45,432 nucleotides of DNA from a virus (lineage: Duplodnaviria > Caudoviricetes), in IMG/VR virus record IMGVR_UViG_3300012953_000053, positions 1 to 45,432 of that record; one strand, 5' to 3'. Numbering within the stretch: position 1 is the stretch's first letter; every line of letters starts with the position of its first letter. Shown here in pieces: positions 16,669 through 26,738 of the stretch. The notes under the pieces were generated by a model. The model was not told where the DNA came from and ran no database searches. It saw only the letters and a program-made list of their open reading frames with translations. The translations under genes and the position numbers were made by a program.

Positions 16669-18384
16669 TTATCTAATTTTAGAGAAGTTTCTATCCTTAA
16701 AGAACTCTATTTTAGAGCGGAATTTGTTCTCTAGTACATCACCTTTATGGGAGATGATAAACACGTTTGAATCGGAATCTAATGTACTTAATATCTTAGT
16801 TAAGCTTTCTATACCATCTATATCTAATGAACTATCAAAAGTTTCATCTAATACTAATAGATTGGTAGCTGCTGAGTTTTTCATTTTGGCTATTTGACGC
16901 CAAGTAAACAACAGGGACAAATCAATCCTTTGTTTCTCGCCTTCGGAAAAGGATGCATAGTTAAACGTGTCCCTGTGTCTAGATCTAATTGTTTCATTAA
17001 AGTTTTCATCTAAATGAAATGCAACAAAGAAGTCTAGAACCTGTAGGTATTCATTAATCAATCTATTCATAACTGGAAGGTATTGCTTAACTACTTTGGT
17101 TTTAATACCAGTATCTTTAAGCATTTCCCCAATCACTTCATTATAGGTTCTTTCTTCTGTATACTTTAATTTGTCTTCTGTTAGATCATCTTTATTATCT
17201 CTTAGCTGAGATAAACTATCTTTTGCTGTTTTAACATCACCAGTTTGGCCAGATAGTTTATTAATTTCCTTTTGTATCTTATCAATCTCTTTTTGTAATA
17301 GAGATATAGAATCGTTGTTCGAATTAATCTTATTCTGTTTATTTCTAAGTTTGTCCAGATTCGAATTGATCTCTGTAGTTGTGGTTGATAGGACTGATAA
17401 CTTTCTTTGTAAATCTTCTTTTTCAGACTGAACCTCCGTGGCTGTAGTTCTAACTAATGCAATCTTTTTATCTTTTAAATCTGTAGAGATACTTTGATCA
17501 CAGGTTGGGCAATTATCATTATCTTCGTAGAACTTAGCTTCCTTAACTAACTTCTTTATCTCACTATTTAATTGTAGGTTATGGGATTTGATAGTTGCTA
17601 TCTGATCCATTTGTTTATGGTAATTCCCTTCTTCGGTGGACATACTGGCAGAGAGATTCTTTCCTAGCTTTTTAGATTCATCGAATAAAGTGTTGATCTC
17701 TTGTTTATGCGTGCGGATTGAATCTCTCTTTTGATTGATCTGATCTTTGTTTAAACCCTGTAGGTCTTTAATGTACTTCTCTTGCGAAGCCATCTTAGTT
17801 TTAGTTAATTCTAACCTATGACCTAAATCAAGTAATTGATCTTTTATATTAGCATTTCTTTCTCTTAGTAATTGGTTCATCTTAGAGAAGATACCAATAT
17901 CTAAAAGATCTTCTATAACTTCACGCCTTGACCAAGCAGGTAACTGCATAAAAGGAATAAAAGAACTGCTTCCGAGTACCACAATCTGGTGAAAGGATTT
18001 GTGATTAAGTTTAAGTATATTCTGTTCCAGAAATTTCTGATAGTCTCTTGCATTTGATGCTTGATTGATAATTTTACCATCTTTATATATTTCAAACTTA
18101 TTAGGTTTGATTCCTCTTACTATTTTAAATAACTTACTTCCAATTTCGAACTCGACTTCTACAATAGTCTTTTTAGCATTAACTGAATTAACTAATTGAG
18201 CTTTATTTATATCTCTATGGGGTTTACCGAAAAGACCAAAAGATAAGGCATCGAGTAAAGTAGATTTACCTGAGCCATTTTGGCCGACGATTAATGTTGT
18301 TGGGGATTTTTCTAAATTTATATTTATAAAGTCGTTTCCAGTGGATAAGAAGTTCTTCCACTTACATGATTTAAACTGTATCAT
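16669..18384 (-). CDS. gp46: recombination endonuclease subunit, SbcC/Rad50-like ATPase
   Basis: KNFLSTGN, GQNGSGKST, zinc hook CPTC, FSEGEK, LVLDE, IISH. Confidence 0.97.
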   Translation of the reverse strand: MIQFKSCKWKNFLSTGNDFININLEKSPTTLIVGQNGSGKSTLLDALSFGLFGKPHRDINKAQLVNSVNAKKTIVEVEFEIGSKLFKIVRGIKPNKFEIYKDGKIINQASNARDYQKFLEQNILKLNHKSFHQIVVLGSSSFIPFMQLPAWSRREVIEDLLDIGIFSKMNQLLRERNANIKDQLLDLGHRLELTKTKMASQEKYIKDLQGLNKDQINQKRDSIRTHKQEINTLFDESKKLGKNLSASMSTEEGNYHKQMDQIATIKSHNLQLNSEIKKLVKEAKFYEDNDNCPTCDQSISTDLKDKKIALVRTTATEVQSEKEDLQRKLSVLSTTTTEINSNLDKLRNKQNKINSNNDSISLLQKEIDKIQKEINKLSGQTGDVKTAKDSLSQLRDNKDDLTEDKLKYTEERTYNEVIGEMLKDTGIKTKVVKQYLPVMNRLINEYLQVLDFFVAFHLDENFNETIRSRHRDTFNYASFSEGEKQRIDLSLLFTWRQIAKMKNSAATNLLVLDETFDSSLDIDGIESLTKILSTLDSDSNVFIISHKGDVLENKFRSKIEFFKDRNFSKIR

Positions 18385-19442
18385 AATACCTCTAAGTTCT
18401 GAGCTTCTGTATATAGCTTTCTTAATTTCACTTTTATATGTTCTTTATCTAGATCTGTTTCTACTGCATCAACATATGAGTCTAACATTTCAGTAGTATC
18501 TTCTAAAGAAACTTTTTCATCCTGTACACTATCACCTAAAAACTCTTCGAAGTTTTCTGCTATCTTAAGTTCATAGGTTTCTATACTCTGTAGCTTATCT
18601 ACAAATTTATCAAACATATAAAGATCATTTTTATTTAATACAATAATCTTTATAAACTTTTTTTTGAATTCATTTATATCTATATTGTTATAATCTACTG
18701 TTTCATCGTCATAAACGAACTTTTTAAATATGGTTATCGGGTTACGTACGGGCTCTATTTCCCTCTTATCGGTGTCCAACACGTGGAAATATTTTGGATC
18801 ATCTACATCTGCCCAAGTAAATTCCATTTGTGATCCAAGGTAATGTATATTCTCTCTACTAGATTTAGTATGAAAATGTCCTGTAAGAACCATTTCGAAT
18901 CTATTAAATATATCTGCATTCATACCATGAGGATTAGATATACCTGCCATCATATCGAATCCTTTTAATTCTAAATGTGCGCCTAATATATCTGCTTCAC
19001 AGTTTAAAGCAAAATTTGTATACTCTTGATAGTTACCATTATTAATCCATGGTATAACTGCTACGCCTAAACCATCGTAATCTAATACAGTTGGTTCCAT
19101 AATGATATTAACGTTTGATGTAAAATACCCTAGAAGTTCTTTGAGAGAACATAGCTCATTAGTGTTCTTGAAATATACATCATGATTTCCAGGAATAATA
19201 TCCATAGTGATACCAGCATCACGCATCGGTTCTAAGAAGTGTTTACGATTAGCATTAAGCGCTTTGAAATTAACAAATTTCCTATGCTCATAGTAATCTC
19301 CTAGATGGAGTATATGTTTTATATTGTGTTCTTTTAAATAAGGAAAGAATATCTCTTCATAGAACCTTTCTTGATATTGTAAGAATATATCGCTTGAGTT
19401 TCGGACACCGCAATGCGTGTCATTTAATATTGCTATCTTCAT
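18381..19442 (-). CDS. gp47: recombination endonuclease subunit, SbcD/Mre11-like
   Basis: DTHCG, HLGD, GNHD, GHFH metallophosphoesterase motifs. Confidence 0.97.
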   Translation of the reverse strand: MKIAILNDTHCGVRNSSDIFLQYQERFYEEIFFPYLKEHNIKHILHLGDYYEHRKFVNFKALNANRKHFLEPMRDAGITMDIIPGNHDVYFKNTNELCSLKELLGYFTSNVNIIMEPTVLDYDGLGVAVIPWINNGNYQEYTNFALNCEADILGAHLELKGFDMMAGISNPHGMNADIFNRFEMVLTGHFHTKSSRENIHYLGSQMEFTWADVDDPKYFHVLDTDKREIEPVRNPITIFKKFVYDDETVDYNNIDINEFKKKFIKIIVLNKNDLYMFDKFVDKLQSIETYELKIAENFEEFLGDSVQDEKVSLEDTTEMLDSYVDAVETDLDKEHIKVKLRKLYTEAQNLEVL

Positions 19443-19443
19443 A

Positions 19444-20034
19444 TTACCCCATGAAAAGTTCTAGCTTTTCTTTTTCTTTTTTTGCTTTAATCTTTTCTTC
19501 TTTTGCAAAATCTTTAATAGCTGTATCTTTAGCTTTTACTGTTTGCATTCTTTGTCTTAGAGTATCAACGTATTGCATAGTTTCAGCTGCTCCAGCTTCA
19601 TCCATACCTAGTGCAGTGAAATCTTCTATACCCATCTTTTGGATGAATCTCATTTTAATATCCTGCTGTTTCTTCTCTTTAGTTATTCTACGTATAAAGG
19701 CAAAATAACATATCTGAGTAAAGTATGAGAATGCATTTGGTTTACCTGTTCGAGTAGCGGTTTCAATCTTATAATTGCCGATAGCTCTTAAACAGTTTTC
19801 AACTGCATCCATTACCATTTCTTCTCTATATGTATATCTTACAAAGTTTGGTCTATGAGATAGACCTTCAGATATCTTTAGAAAGCATGTTGCAATGTAA
19901 TCCGTTACTTTAGGATCTGGTTTATCTTTTTCTCTAGCACTTCTAACAGTTTTTACATATTCAACAACAGCTAAAGAAAAATCTTTGTTGTTAATGTAGT
20001 GAGGCTTTTTTTTCGCATCAGCATGTTTAGCCAT
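19444..20034 (-). CDS. gp55: late transcription sigma factor
   Basis: HYINNKDF, LSHRPNFVRYTYREEMVMDAVENC, NAFSYFTQICYFAFIRRITKEKKQ. Confidence 0.96.
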   Translation of the reverse strand: MAKHADAKKKPHYINNKDFSLAVVEYVKTVRSAREKDKPDPKVTDYIATCFLKISEGLSHRPNFVRYTYREEMVMDAVENCLRAIGNYKIETATRTGKPNAFSYFTQICYFAFIRRITKEKKQQDIKMRFIQKMGIEDFTALGMDEAGAAETMQYVDTLRQRMQTVKAKDTAIKDFAKEEKIKAKKEKEKLELFMG

Positions 20035-20056
20035 AATTAATCTCCATAAAGGCTCT

Positions 20057-20085
20057 ATTATACCATAGTTTATCTGAAAAGTAAA
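20057..20085 (-). promoter_or_regulatory. early promoter of gp55-gp47-gp46
   Basis: ggggTTTACT-17 bp-TATAAT. Confidence 0.8.
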
Positions 20086-20111
20086 CCCCTAAATTTATTT
20101 TTGCTAGGGGG

Positions 20112-20140
20112 TTTACAAACACTGAAAAGTGTGGTATAAT
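20112..20140 (+). promoter_or_regulatory. plus-strand (antisense) early-type promoter
   Basis: gggggTTTACA-17 bp-TATAAT with TGTGG extension, same consensus as the nine minus-strand promoters. Confidence 0.75.
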
Positions 20141-20168
20141 ATATTGTCGTCCCAAGGACAGAGAGACA

Positions 20169-20576
20169 CTAGTGAATAGTTTCCTTCTTTGTATCATTTG
20201 GTGGAACGGGTTCAAGTTCAATATCATCATAAGGTTCATTTATAAAATCATCTAGGTTTGCCATTAGTTCATCATCACTCATTTGAAGTGGTCTGGACCG
20301 TGGCTTCAATTGGCCAGTGGCAAGCTTGATGTATTCTTGTTTCATATCTTCGTCAATCTCTACATGATGTAGTATACTCTGACGAGATATTTTAAATAGT
20401 TTTTGGGAAGAGAAAGGAAACCAAGGTAAGAATGCAAATCCGCCTATTATATTATTCTTTACAACATAAGGTCTTTCTAATGTAAATGTACCATCATCTT
20501 TTTCTTTAATTAAAGCTACTAGTTCTTCACCATTAACTAATTTAAAGTGACGTATAGGTAGTAATAGATTATCCAT
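20169..20576 (-). CDS. Sm-like fold protein (paralog of 5142..5429)
   Basis: RHFKLVNGEELVALI...FLPWFPF...ISRQSIL; usual position downstream of uvsW in T4-like marine phages. Confidence 0.65.
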   Translation of the reverse strand: MDNLLLPIRHFKLVNGEELVALIKEKDDGTFTLERPYVVKNNIIGGFAFLPWFPFSSQKLFKISRQSILHHVEIDEDMKQEYIKLATGQLKPRSRPLQMSDDELMANLDDFINEPYDDIELEPVPPNDTKKETIH

Positions 20577-20577
20577 A

Positions 20578-22053
20578 TTATATATTTATCTCATATATTT
20601 TGTATTTAAACTTTTCTTTTGAATATATTTTAATTCTTTCTGCTGCATGATTTAGTGTATAATTCTTCTTCGATTTATAATGAAGATCATCAGCTATATC
20701 ATATACAGTAGTATTTATACTATCTCCACTCACACGAAGTCCTCTTCCTATACTTTGTAATACTCTTATTTGGGATTTAGAAGGTGAAGCAAAGATTAGG
20801 TTATGTAATCTTTTTATATTAACTCCAGTAGAGAATGTTCCAAGTGAAGCAACAATTATTGCATTATTTTCTTTTTCAGTTATAACTCTTATTTGTTCTC
20901 TATCATCAACAGCTGTTTCTCCTGAAACATAAAATAGTTTTCTTCCTTCTTCAATCTTATCTTTTAACATATCATGAAGAGGTTTACCATGTTTCTCTAC
21001 ATAATTAAATAAGATTAAAGTATTTCCTTTTTGATCTAAAGCTAAATTACTTATAAATTTATTGCGCGGAGTATATCCTACAATAAAGTCTAACTCTTCT
21101 TGGTACTTTGCTTTAGATATATGTTTACAGAAATCTTCTTTATATTTTAATAATAATATTTGAATATCTAACTTAGCTAATTCATCTCTATCCATTAAAG
21201 CTTTAGTAGTTGTTACCTTATGAACTGGTCCAAATAATCCTTCTAATACTAATTGATGTGTTTGTGTTCCATCTAATGTTCCTGTAGTTCCAATCTTATA
21301 TTGTGCATTAACACATTTCTCCATAATAGATGTAAGAGATTTAGCTTTAAATTGATGTGCTTCATCACCTATTACCATACCATAACCTTTAAACATATTC
21401 GCAGGTAATTTATGTTGTGATTGCCATGTGGATATAACTATTCTTTTATCTGTTAATCTATCTGCTCCACCATATATCTTATGTCCTAATTCTTCTATAT
21501 CAAATGTATTATCTTCTTTAGAATACTCTGCGAAATCACTATACATTTGTTCAACTAATGATGTAGTAGGTACAATAATTAAGACTTTATTATCACAATG
21601 CTTAAGATAATATTTTACTAATAAATATATGATTAATGACTTACCTGATGCAGTAGGTGATAATAAGAGTGATTTAGAGCTCCGTAGCGCGTGCCTAAGC
21701 GCATCTAATTGGTAATCCCTTGGTGATATATGACTGGGTAACGTTGTTTCTTCTAACATACCTTCAACTAAATCATTATTATAATCATTTATTAATGATT
21801 TATCTGAGAGTAAATTGTAATCCCTTTCTTCACAAAATTCTTCTAAATACCTATGTAATCCAACATATAAAGTCTTCTTACGCATATCAAATAAACGTAT
21901 TTTACCATCCCACACGCGGTTGCGGTACGCGGGCATGAACTTATATCCAGGCACATAAAAACAGAAATGTTCTGATAATTCTCTTTCAGTACTAGCCTCA
22001 CATTCTATTTGTAAGAATGTTTCATTAACCTTATTTGCTATTACAGTTTCCAT
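20578..22053 (-). CDS. uvsW: UvsW RNA-DNA / DNA helicase
   Basis: RDYQ, SPTASGKS, DEAH, TGT, QSIGRGLR; N-terminal WDGKIRLF. Confidence 0.96.
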   Translation of the reverse strand: METVIANKVNETFLQIECEASTERELSEHFCFYVPGYKFMPAYRNRVWDGKIRLFDMRKKTLYVGLHRYLEEFCEERDYNLLSDKSLINDYNNDLVEGMLEETTLPSHISPRDYQLDALRHALRSSKSLLLSPTASGKSLIIYLLVKYYLKHCDNKVLIIVPTTSLVEQMYSDFAEYSKEDNTFDIEELGHKIYGGADRLTDKRIVISTWQSQHKLPANMFKGYGMVIGDEAHQFKAKSLTSIMEKCVNAQYKIGTTGTLDGTQTHQLVLEGLFGPVHKVTTTKALMDRDELAKLDIQILLLKYKEDFCKHISKAKYQEELDFIVGYTPRNKFISNLALDQKGNTLILFNYVEKHGKPLHDMLKDKIEEGRKLFYVSGETAVDDREQIRVITEKENNAIIVASLGTFSTGVNIKRLHNLIFASPSKSQIRVLQSIGRGLRVSGDSINTTVYDIADDLHYKSKKNYTLNHAAERIKIYSKEKFKYKIYEINI

Positions 22054-22970
22054 GAATCTAATATTTCTTTTATTCTTCTTTTTGTACTTTCAATATCACA
22101 ACAAAGATAATCGTGTATATACCAATATATAAACTTCTTAGCATCATCAGCTTTATGAAAACTTAAATCATTAACTAATCTAGGAAGTTGAGGTAACACT
22201 TGTAATTTTTTTGTTACCCAATGATACTCTGGCCATCCATATGATATAATAGGTACTTCGTGCATTAAACATTCTATCCCTGCAGTACTATTATCTATAA
22301 TGGCTACACGAGTGCGCGGGAGTATATCATGTAAGGATTCAAATCCTTCTCTTACATCTACACCCCACGATTTCCATTTATCTATTAATCTATCTCTCTT
22401 TTGTAATCTAGGATGCATTTTAACTACAACAGGATAATTTGTTTCTTTAACTAATCTTTCTACTATTAGATCTAATTTTTTAATGTGTCCACCTAATCCA
22501 AAACCTTCTACTGTTTCATCCTTAGGCATTTGACCAATAACTAATGTATGATTCTTTTCTACCTTTTTACCTTTCTTCCATTTAAGTAAAATAGAATCAT
22601 CCCACTTATTTGATTTACTATTAATTAAAGATCTAATTTTACTCCATTGCATTTTGTGATTAGGATTTAAATATGAATACATTACTTCATATTCACCATA
22701 ATTTGTAAATGCTAAAGAAGAACTATTAGCATAGCCTATAGTATCAATAGCAAAATGTTTTGATGTAGGGGCAGTAGGTTTAATAATCAAAGCTTCTTGG
22801 TGTGGGATTTTAGTTATATCTGTATGATTCCAAATATTAAGATGATATTCATTATGATCTATTTGTTCTAAGGCTTGTTCTACGCACGCACGAGCGTGTC
22901 CGAAGTTACCCTTCCATTCATATTTAAAGTCATGTATTTTATATGCCACTAGTAAACTTACGCCATTCAA
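22041..22970 (-). CDS. KpsS/KpsC-like (capsule synthesis family) GT-B glycosyltransferase
   Basis: VIGQMPKD (Q-x-x-x-D), VVVKMHP, NSTAGIECLMHEVPIISYG; true start may be GTG at 22949. Confidence 0.7.
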   Translation of the reverse strand: MNGVSLLVAYKIHDFKYEWKGNFGHARACVEQALEQIDHNEYHLNIWNHTDITKIPHQEALIIKPTAPTSKHFAIDTIGYANSSSLAFTNYGEYEVMYSYLNPNHKMQWSKIRSLINSKSNKWDDSILLKWKKGKKVEKNHTLVIGQMPKDETVEGFGLGGHIKKLDLIVERLVKETNYPVVVKMHPRLQKRDRLIDKWKSWGVDVREGFESLHDILPRTRVAIIDNSTAGIECLMHEVPIISYGWPEYHWVTKKLQVLPQLPRLVNDLSFHKADDAKKFIYWYIHDYLCCDIESTKRRIKEILDSWKL

Positions 22971-23382
22971 TCATATTCTTAATATTCTGATGACGCCATT
23001 TAATGTTATCCATTATCTCTTTTAAACAATTAACTATTTCTTCTTGCATAGCTAATTTTAATTGATGTTCTTGTATGATAGGATCAGCATCATACCACTT
23101 ATCCATATCACCTTTAAGAACAGTTAATCCATTTAATGGATCATATTCCCATCCTTTAAAGTCTAATTCCTGTTGGCTTAATTTACCACCATAATGAAGA
23201 AACTTATCCCTCAATAAAGGCTTAAAGTCTAATTCTAGTTTTTTTAATTTGAGTTTTGATTTAGAGTATAAATCAAGATATTTGGAGTGTAATTTTGCGG
23301 ATTCACGTGATGCTTCATCTAATGCCATTTCATCAATCTGCGCATCTTTTTTCCACATTTCGAGTAAAGATTCTATATTCAT
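22939..23382 (-). CDS. uvsY: recombination mediator UvsY
   Basis: MWKKDAQID, LHSKYL, RHQNIKNMIEWRKFTSG. Confidence 0.93.
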   Translation of the reverse strand: MNIESLLEMWKKDAQIDEMALDEASRESAKLHSKYLDLYSKSKLKLKKLELDFKPLLRDKFLHYGGKLSQQELDFKGWEYDPLNGLTVLKGDMDKWYDADPIIQEHQLKLAMQEEIVNCLKEIMDNIKWRHQNIKNMIEWRKFTSGI

Positions 23383-23389
23383 AATGTCT

Positions 23390-23418
23390 ATTATACCACA
23401 GTTTACTTAAAAAGTAAA
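23390..23418 (-). promoter_or_regulatory. early promoter of uvsY; leaderless transcript likely
   Basis: gggTTTACT-17 bp-TATAAT, ATG 7 nt downstream. Confidence 0.8.
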
Positions 23419-23425
23419 CCCTTTA

Positions 23426-23893
23426 TTATATTATTTCAAAGTACGAGTATTTAAATGTTACTTGTGCCTGTACATATTCTATATCATTTGCTTGAGCATT
23501 AAACTCTATAGATGATAAAGATGTAGGAAATAAATCGTTAAACTTAATTTCTTTTTGGGGATTATTATGTGAGGTTAATATCATCAATCTAGCATCATAC
23601 TTATAATCCTTATCAGCTTCTTTTAAAGTAGCTAGATTCTTAATCCAATTATATATTTCTATATAGTTTTCCATATTCTCTGTCACATTAAATGTGATAC
23701 TAAAATCATCAAAGGTCATTCTATCACCAGTCATACCTAGATTTACTCCTTTGTAAGGAGTATCTACAGATGATATACCAACCCCAGGTATATTTGCAGC
23801 AGTACAGAAATACTCTGTATTTGCAAAGTTTGCATCTATCTTTAATGTATATCCAACTGGACTTAGAAAGTTTTTGTTATCCGTTAATGCCAT
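23426..23893 (-). CDS. gp3: tail completion / tube terminator protein
   Basis: NKNFLSPVGY, FCTAANIPG, ENMENYIEIYNWI, FPTSLSSIEF; position after gp23. Confidence 0.85.
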   Translation of the reverse strand: MALTDNKNFLSPVGYTLKIDANFANTEYFCTAANIPGVGISSVDTPYKGVNLGMTGDRMTFDDFSITFNVTENMENYIEIYNWIKNLATLKEADKDYKYDARLMILTSHNNPQKEIKFNDLFPTSLSSIEFNAQANDIEYVQAQVTFKYSYFEII

Positions 23894-24056
23894 ATTTCTC
23901 GTCGTATTTCTCTAGTAACCAATCTCCGTATTGATGTGCATATTCCTCATGCGTCAATCTACTCGGAGCTGATATAGGATCGTTATGTTCATCACAATAA
24001 TCTAACCACATTCTAGTAATAAAGCTCTCAAGATATTCTCTTTTTATTTCATTCAT
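23877..24056 (-). CDS. small hypothetical protein (59 aa), not in ORF track
   Basis: MNEIKREYLESFITRMWLDYCDEHNDPISAPSRLTHEEYAHQYGDWLLEKYDEKYGING; ATG 5 nt after a late promoter. Confidence 0.7.
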   Translation of the reverse strand: MNEIKREYLESFITRMWLDYCDEHNDPISAPSRLTHEEYAHQYGDWLLEKYDEKYGING

Positions 24057-24061
24057 ACTAC

Positions 24062-24069
24062 TATTTATA
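24062..24069 (-). promoter_or_regulatory. late promoter
   Basis: TATAAATA downstream of the gp23 terminator. Confidence 0.75.
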
Positions 24070-24091
24070 TACTTTATAATCTTAGTTTACA

Positions 24092-24120
24092 CAAGAAAAG
24101 AGGGACCGAAGTCCCTCTTT
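24092..24120 (-). terminator. intrinsic terminator of gp23 with C(UUCG)G tetraloop
   Basis: AAAGAGGGAC-TTCG-GTCCCTCTTT followed by TCTTG on minus strand. Confidence 0.9.
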
Positions 24121-24143
24121 AATTTGTTGTTTCGAAAAACGGT

Positions 24144-25460
24144 TTACACCATTATGTCATCAACTCTGAAGATCCTAAAGTATGGATTAGCTCTATCAGT
24201 ACCAACACCGTCTGCTGCGACGAATGGGTTAGCAACCATTCCATATCTTGTTTTGAATCCGATCCTTGGTTGGAAGTCACTTTCACCAACGGCTTTAACC
24301 ATAGTTAAAGGAACGTATGGGCAGTAGAACATACCAGCGTCATAAGGATTTGAACCTCTGTAACCAACACAAGCGAAGTCTACAGTTGAATAAGGATCAA
24401 TGTAAACTTTCAATCTTCCGTTAAGAACACCAGCAAAAGTATTACCAGTATCATCAACGTTAAGGTTAGTTGCTAAGGCTGGAGAGTAATCCATCATGCC
24501 TGAAGCTGCTAAAGCTGAAGCAACATCTGAAGAAACGATAACATAGTTACCTTTTCCACGTCTTGTTTCTTTAGCGATAACGTTTGCTTCTCTTTCGAGT
24601 TGCATAATTAGGCCTTTGAATTTCTCTGCCATCCATCTACCGTCTGAGTCAGTAGCAACATCAAAAATACCTGATGTAGCTGTTGAAGATTGTAAAGCAC
24701 CAATTTTAGCTTTTGTTAAAATTGTTCTTACAACCTCACGGTTGATTTCTGCAAGGATTTCAGCTGACAATATGTTAGCAAGTTCGCCTTCAGCATCCAA
24801 TCCGTGGATTGCTTTAAGGTCTTGTGCTAATTCCATTGTGTATTCAGCTTTCAGTGCTCTTGATTTAGCAGTTACTGTTGATTTCTCGATTGAGAAAGCC
24901 ATTTCAGCAAATGCCGCACCAGCGCCACCGGATGTACCACGGGCTTCCGCAGTAGCTGTTGGTAAACCAGAACCAAATGTAGATACAACGTCTGCTGTAT
25001 CCGCAATTGAACCATCTGTATCGGCATCAACTACACCAGCAAGACCTGTTGGATCTGCTTGATGTGTACCTGTACCTGAGAAGTCTGTATCAGCTTCGTC
25101 AAATAGTGCTTCTGTTCCACCTTGAGTTGAATACCTAGATTTCATTGCGAAGATAAGGCCGGTTGGTCCAGACATTGGCTGAACACCTGCTATATCATAA
25201 GCAATTAAGTTAGGCATTGCACGTCTTACGAGAGAGATAAGAACTGGATCAAAGTTATCTATGTTAGAGCCAGTAGCGTTAGCTGCTGCTTCTGATAGAT
25301 CGTATGATCTTTTAGATCTTTCTTCTTGTAGGGCAACTTCTTGGTTTTCAAGAAGACGTGCAGTTACCGCTTTTTTATAATGGTCGTCAATCGCAGGAGC
25401 ACTTTCGTGACCTAAGACTGGTTCCCATTTTTCGATAAGATTTTTATCTGCATTAAACAT
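24144..25460 (-). CDS. gp23: major capsid protein
   Basis: DPVLISLVRRAMPNLIAYDIAGVQPMSGPTGLIFAM, KSRALKAEYTMELAQDLKAIHGLDAE, FQPRIGFKTRYG. Confidence 0.99.
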   Translation of the reverse strand: MFNADKNLIEKWEPVLGHESAPAIDDHYKKAVTARLLENQEVALQEERSKRSYDLSEAAANATGSNIDNFDPVLISLVRRAMPNLIAYDIAGVQPMSGPTGLIFAMKSRYSTQGGTEALFDEADTDFSGTGTHQADPTGLAGVVDADTDGSIADTADVVSTFGSGLPTATAEARGTSGGAGAAFAEMAFSIEKSTVTAKSRALKAEYTMELAQDLKAIHGLDAEGELANILSAEILAEINREVVRTILTKAKIGALQSSTATSGIFDVATDSDGRWMAEKFKGLIMQLEREANVIAKETRRGKGNYVIVSSDVASALAASGMMDYSPALATNLNVDDTGNTFAGVLNGRLKVYIDPYSTVDFACVGYRGSNPYDAGMFYCPYVPLTMVKAVGESDFQPRIGFKTRYGMVANPFVAADGVGTDRANPYFRIFRVDDIMV

Positions 25461-25508
25461 TTTGTTTTCCCCTTAAGGTTAGCAATTATTAATATTACTT
25501 AATAGCAT

Positions 25509-26717
25509 TTAGCTATTAAAATTTCGTATGGCTTGAGTGTACGCACTCATATTTGAGGATAGTTCAACTTCTGTTTCTCCATCTTCTCCTACTAATGCAT
25601 CAGACTCGTCAGTTGATTCACTAACTTCTTGTTTGAAGTAAGAATCTTTAATAACGTTAACTTTATTTTCAAAAGTTTCGCTATCTTCAAATTCTACATC
25701 TTCAACCAAACCAGCTAGTTTCTCAGCTTCTGTGTCTGCTAAGCCGGAAGACGCCTTACGCACGATGTCAGCTTTTTCAAAAGATTGAGCTTTCTCGTGT
25801 AGTTGTATATTGTCTTCAGTGGTTTTATTGAGCTGTTCTTCCAGTTCAGAAACTTGATCAGCTAAATCGTCGATCAGGTCAGCTTTACCTTCTGGAACTT
25901 CAATATAATGTTCTTTGAACACTGATTGTAAAGATTGCATGAACTCTTCAGCAATTTCAGTCCTAAGACCTTGTTGCACTGCGACTTCATTTTCTTTCAT
26001 CCAATTTTCAATAACATAGTTCAAGTAAGAATCTACTTTCTCTACGATACCTTCTTGGACGTCCTTTACTTCAGATTCAAGATTTTGCGCATATTCAGAC
26101 TCTAGTCTATCAATCTCAGCGCCTACTTTTGTTGCGTAAGCTGCTTCGAAAATAGCAGAGGCTTTATCACGGAATCCATCAGATAGTGTTGCTTCATTAG
26201 CAACGATAAGATCCAAGTCCTCAGACCAATCAGCAGCTTCTTGCTTAGAGGAAGCATCAGAAGGTTTAGCTTTAATACTTTTATCCTTCTCTTTTTTCCC
26301 CTGAGCATCGATAGCTTTCTTTACTGATCCATCATCGATTGACTCTTCAACTTCTTTGACCATCCTGGCGAATAGCTCTTGCGCTTCGTGCTTGCGTGCT
26401 TTTTTAAGCATGTCGACTGCGGCGTTTATGATACCAGCTTTAGTTTTAGGCATTTCAAACGTAGGTGCAGATTCCTCGACTTCGTCTTCGTCATCTTCAT
26501 CTTCGTCATCATCTTCTTTAACCTTAGCTTCATCAACTTGAATTTCCTCTTCGGAAACTTCAACTTGCTCTTCCTCAGATTCACTAGCTTCAACAACTTC
26601 TTCTACTTGATCTTCCTCTACAGGAACTTCAACTTCCAAAGTTTCAGCAACTACTTCTTCTGATTCAGGCTGTACGCCTTCGACTATTTTTTTATATTCT
26701 GTCGATATATTAGACAT
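25509..26717 (-). CDS. gp22: prohead core scaffold protein
   Basis: acidic coiled-coil; KVDSYLNYVIENWMKENEVAV, GLRTEIAEEFM, FKEHYIEVPE; start at ATG 26717 (GGAG SD). Confidence 0.93.
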   Translation of the reverse strand: MSNISTEYKKIVEGVQPESEEVVAETLEVEVPVEEDQVEEVVEASESEEEQVEVSEEEIQVDEAKVKEDDDEDEDDEDEVEESAPTFEMPKTKAGIINAAVDMLKKARKHEAQELFARMVKEVEESIDDGSVKKAIDAQGKKEKDKSIKAKPSDASSKQEAADWSEDLDLIVANEATLSDGFRDKASAIFEAAYATKVGAEIDRLESEYAQNLESEVKDVQEGIVEKVDSYLNYVIENWMKENEVAVQQGLRTEIAEEFMQSLQSVFKEHYIEVPEGKADLIDDLADQVSELEEQLNKTTEDNIQLHEKAQSFEKADIVRKASSGLADTEAEKLAGLVEDVEFEDSETFENKVNVIKDSYFKQEVSESTDESDALVGEDGETEVELSSNMSAYTQAIRNFNS

Positions 26718-26738
26718 ATCTTTGTCTCCCAAAGTAAT

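Noticed and set aside
1-20000. Impression that GATC/AGATCT sites are frequent, suggesting a Dam-like target
   Set aside because: Cannot be quantified by eye; needs an observed/expected k-mer count
20027-20239. 70-aa minus-strand ORF spanning the gp55 upstream region
   Set aside because: Overlaps the Sm-like gene out of frame and runs through two promoters; no SD
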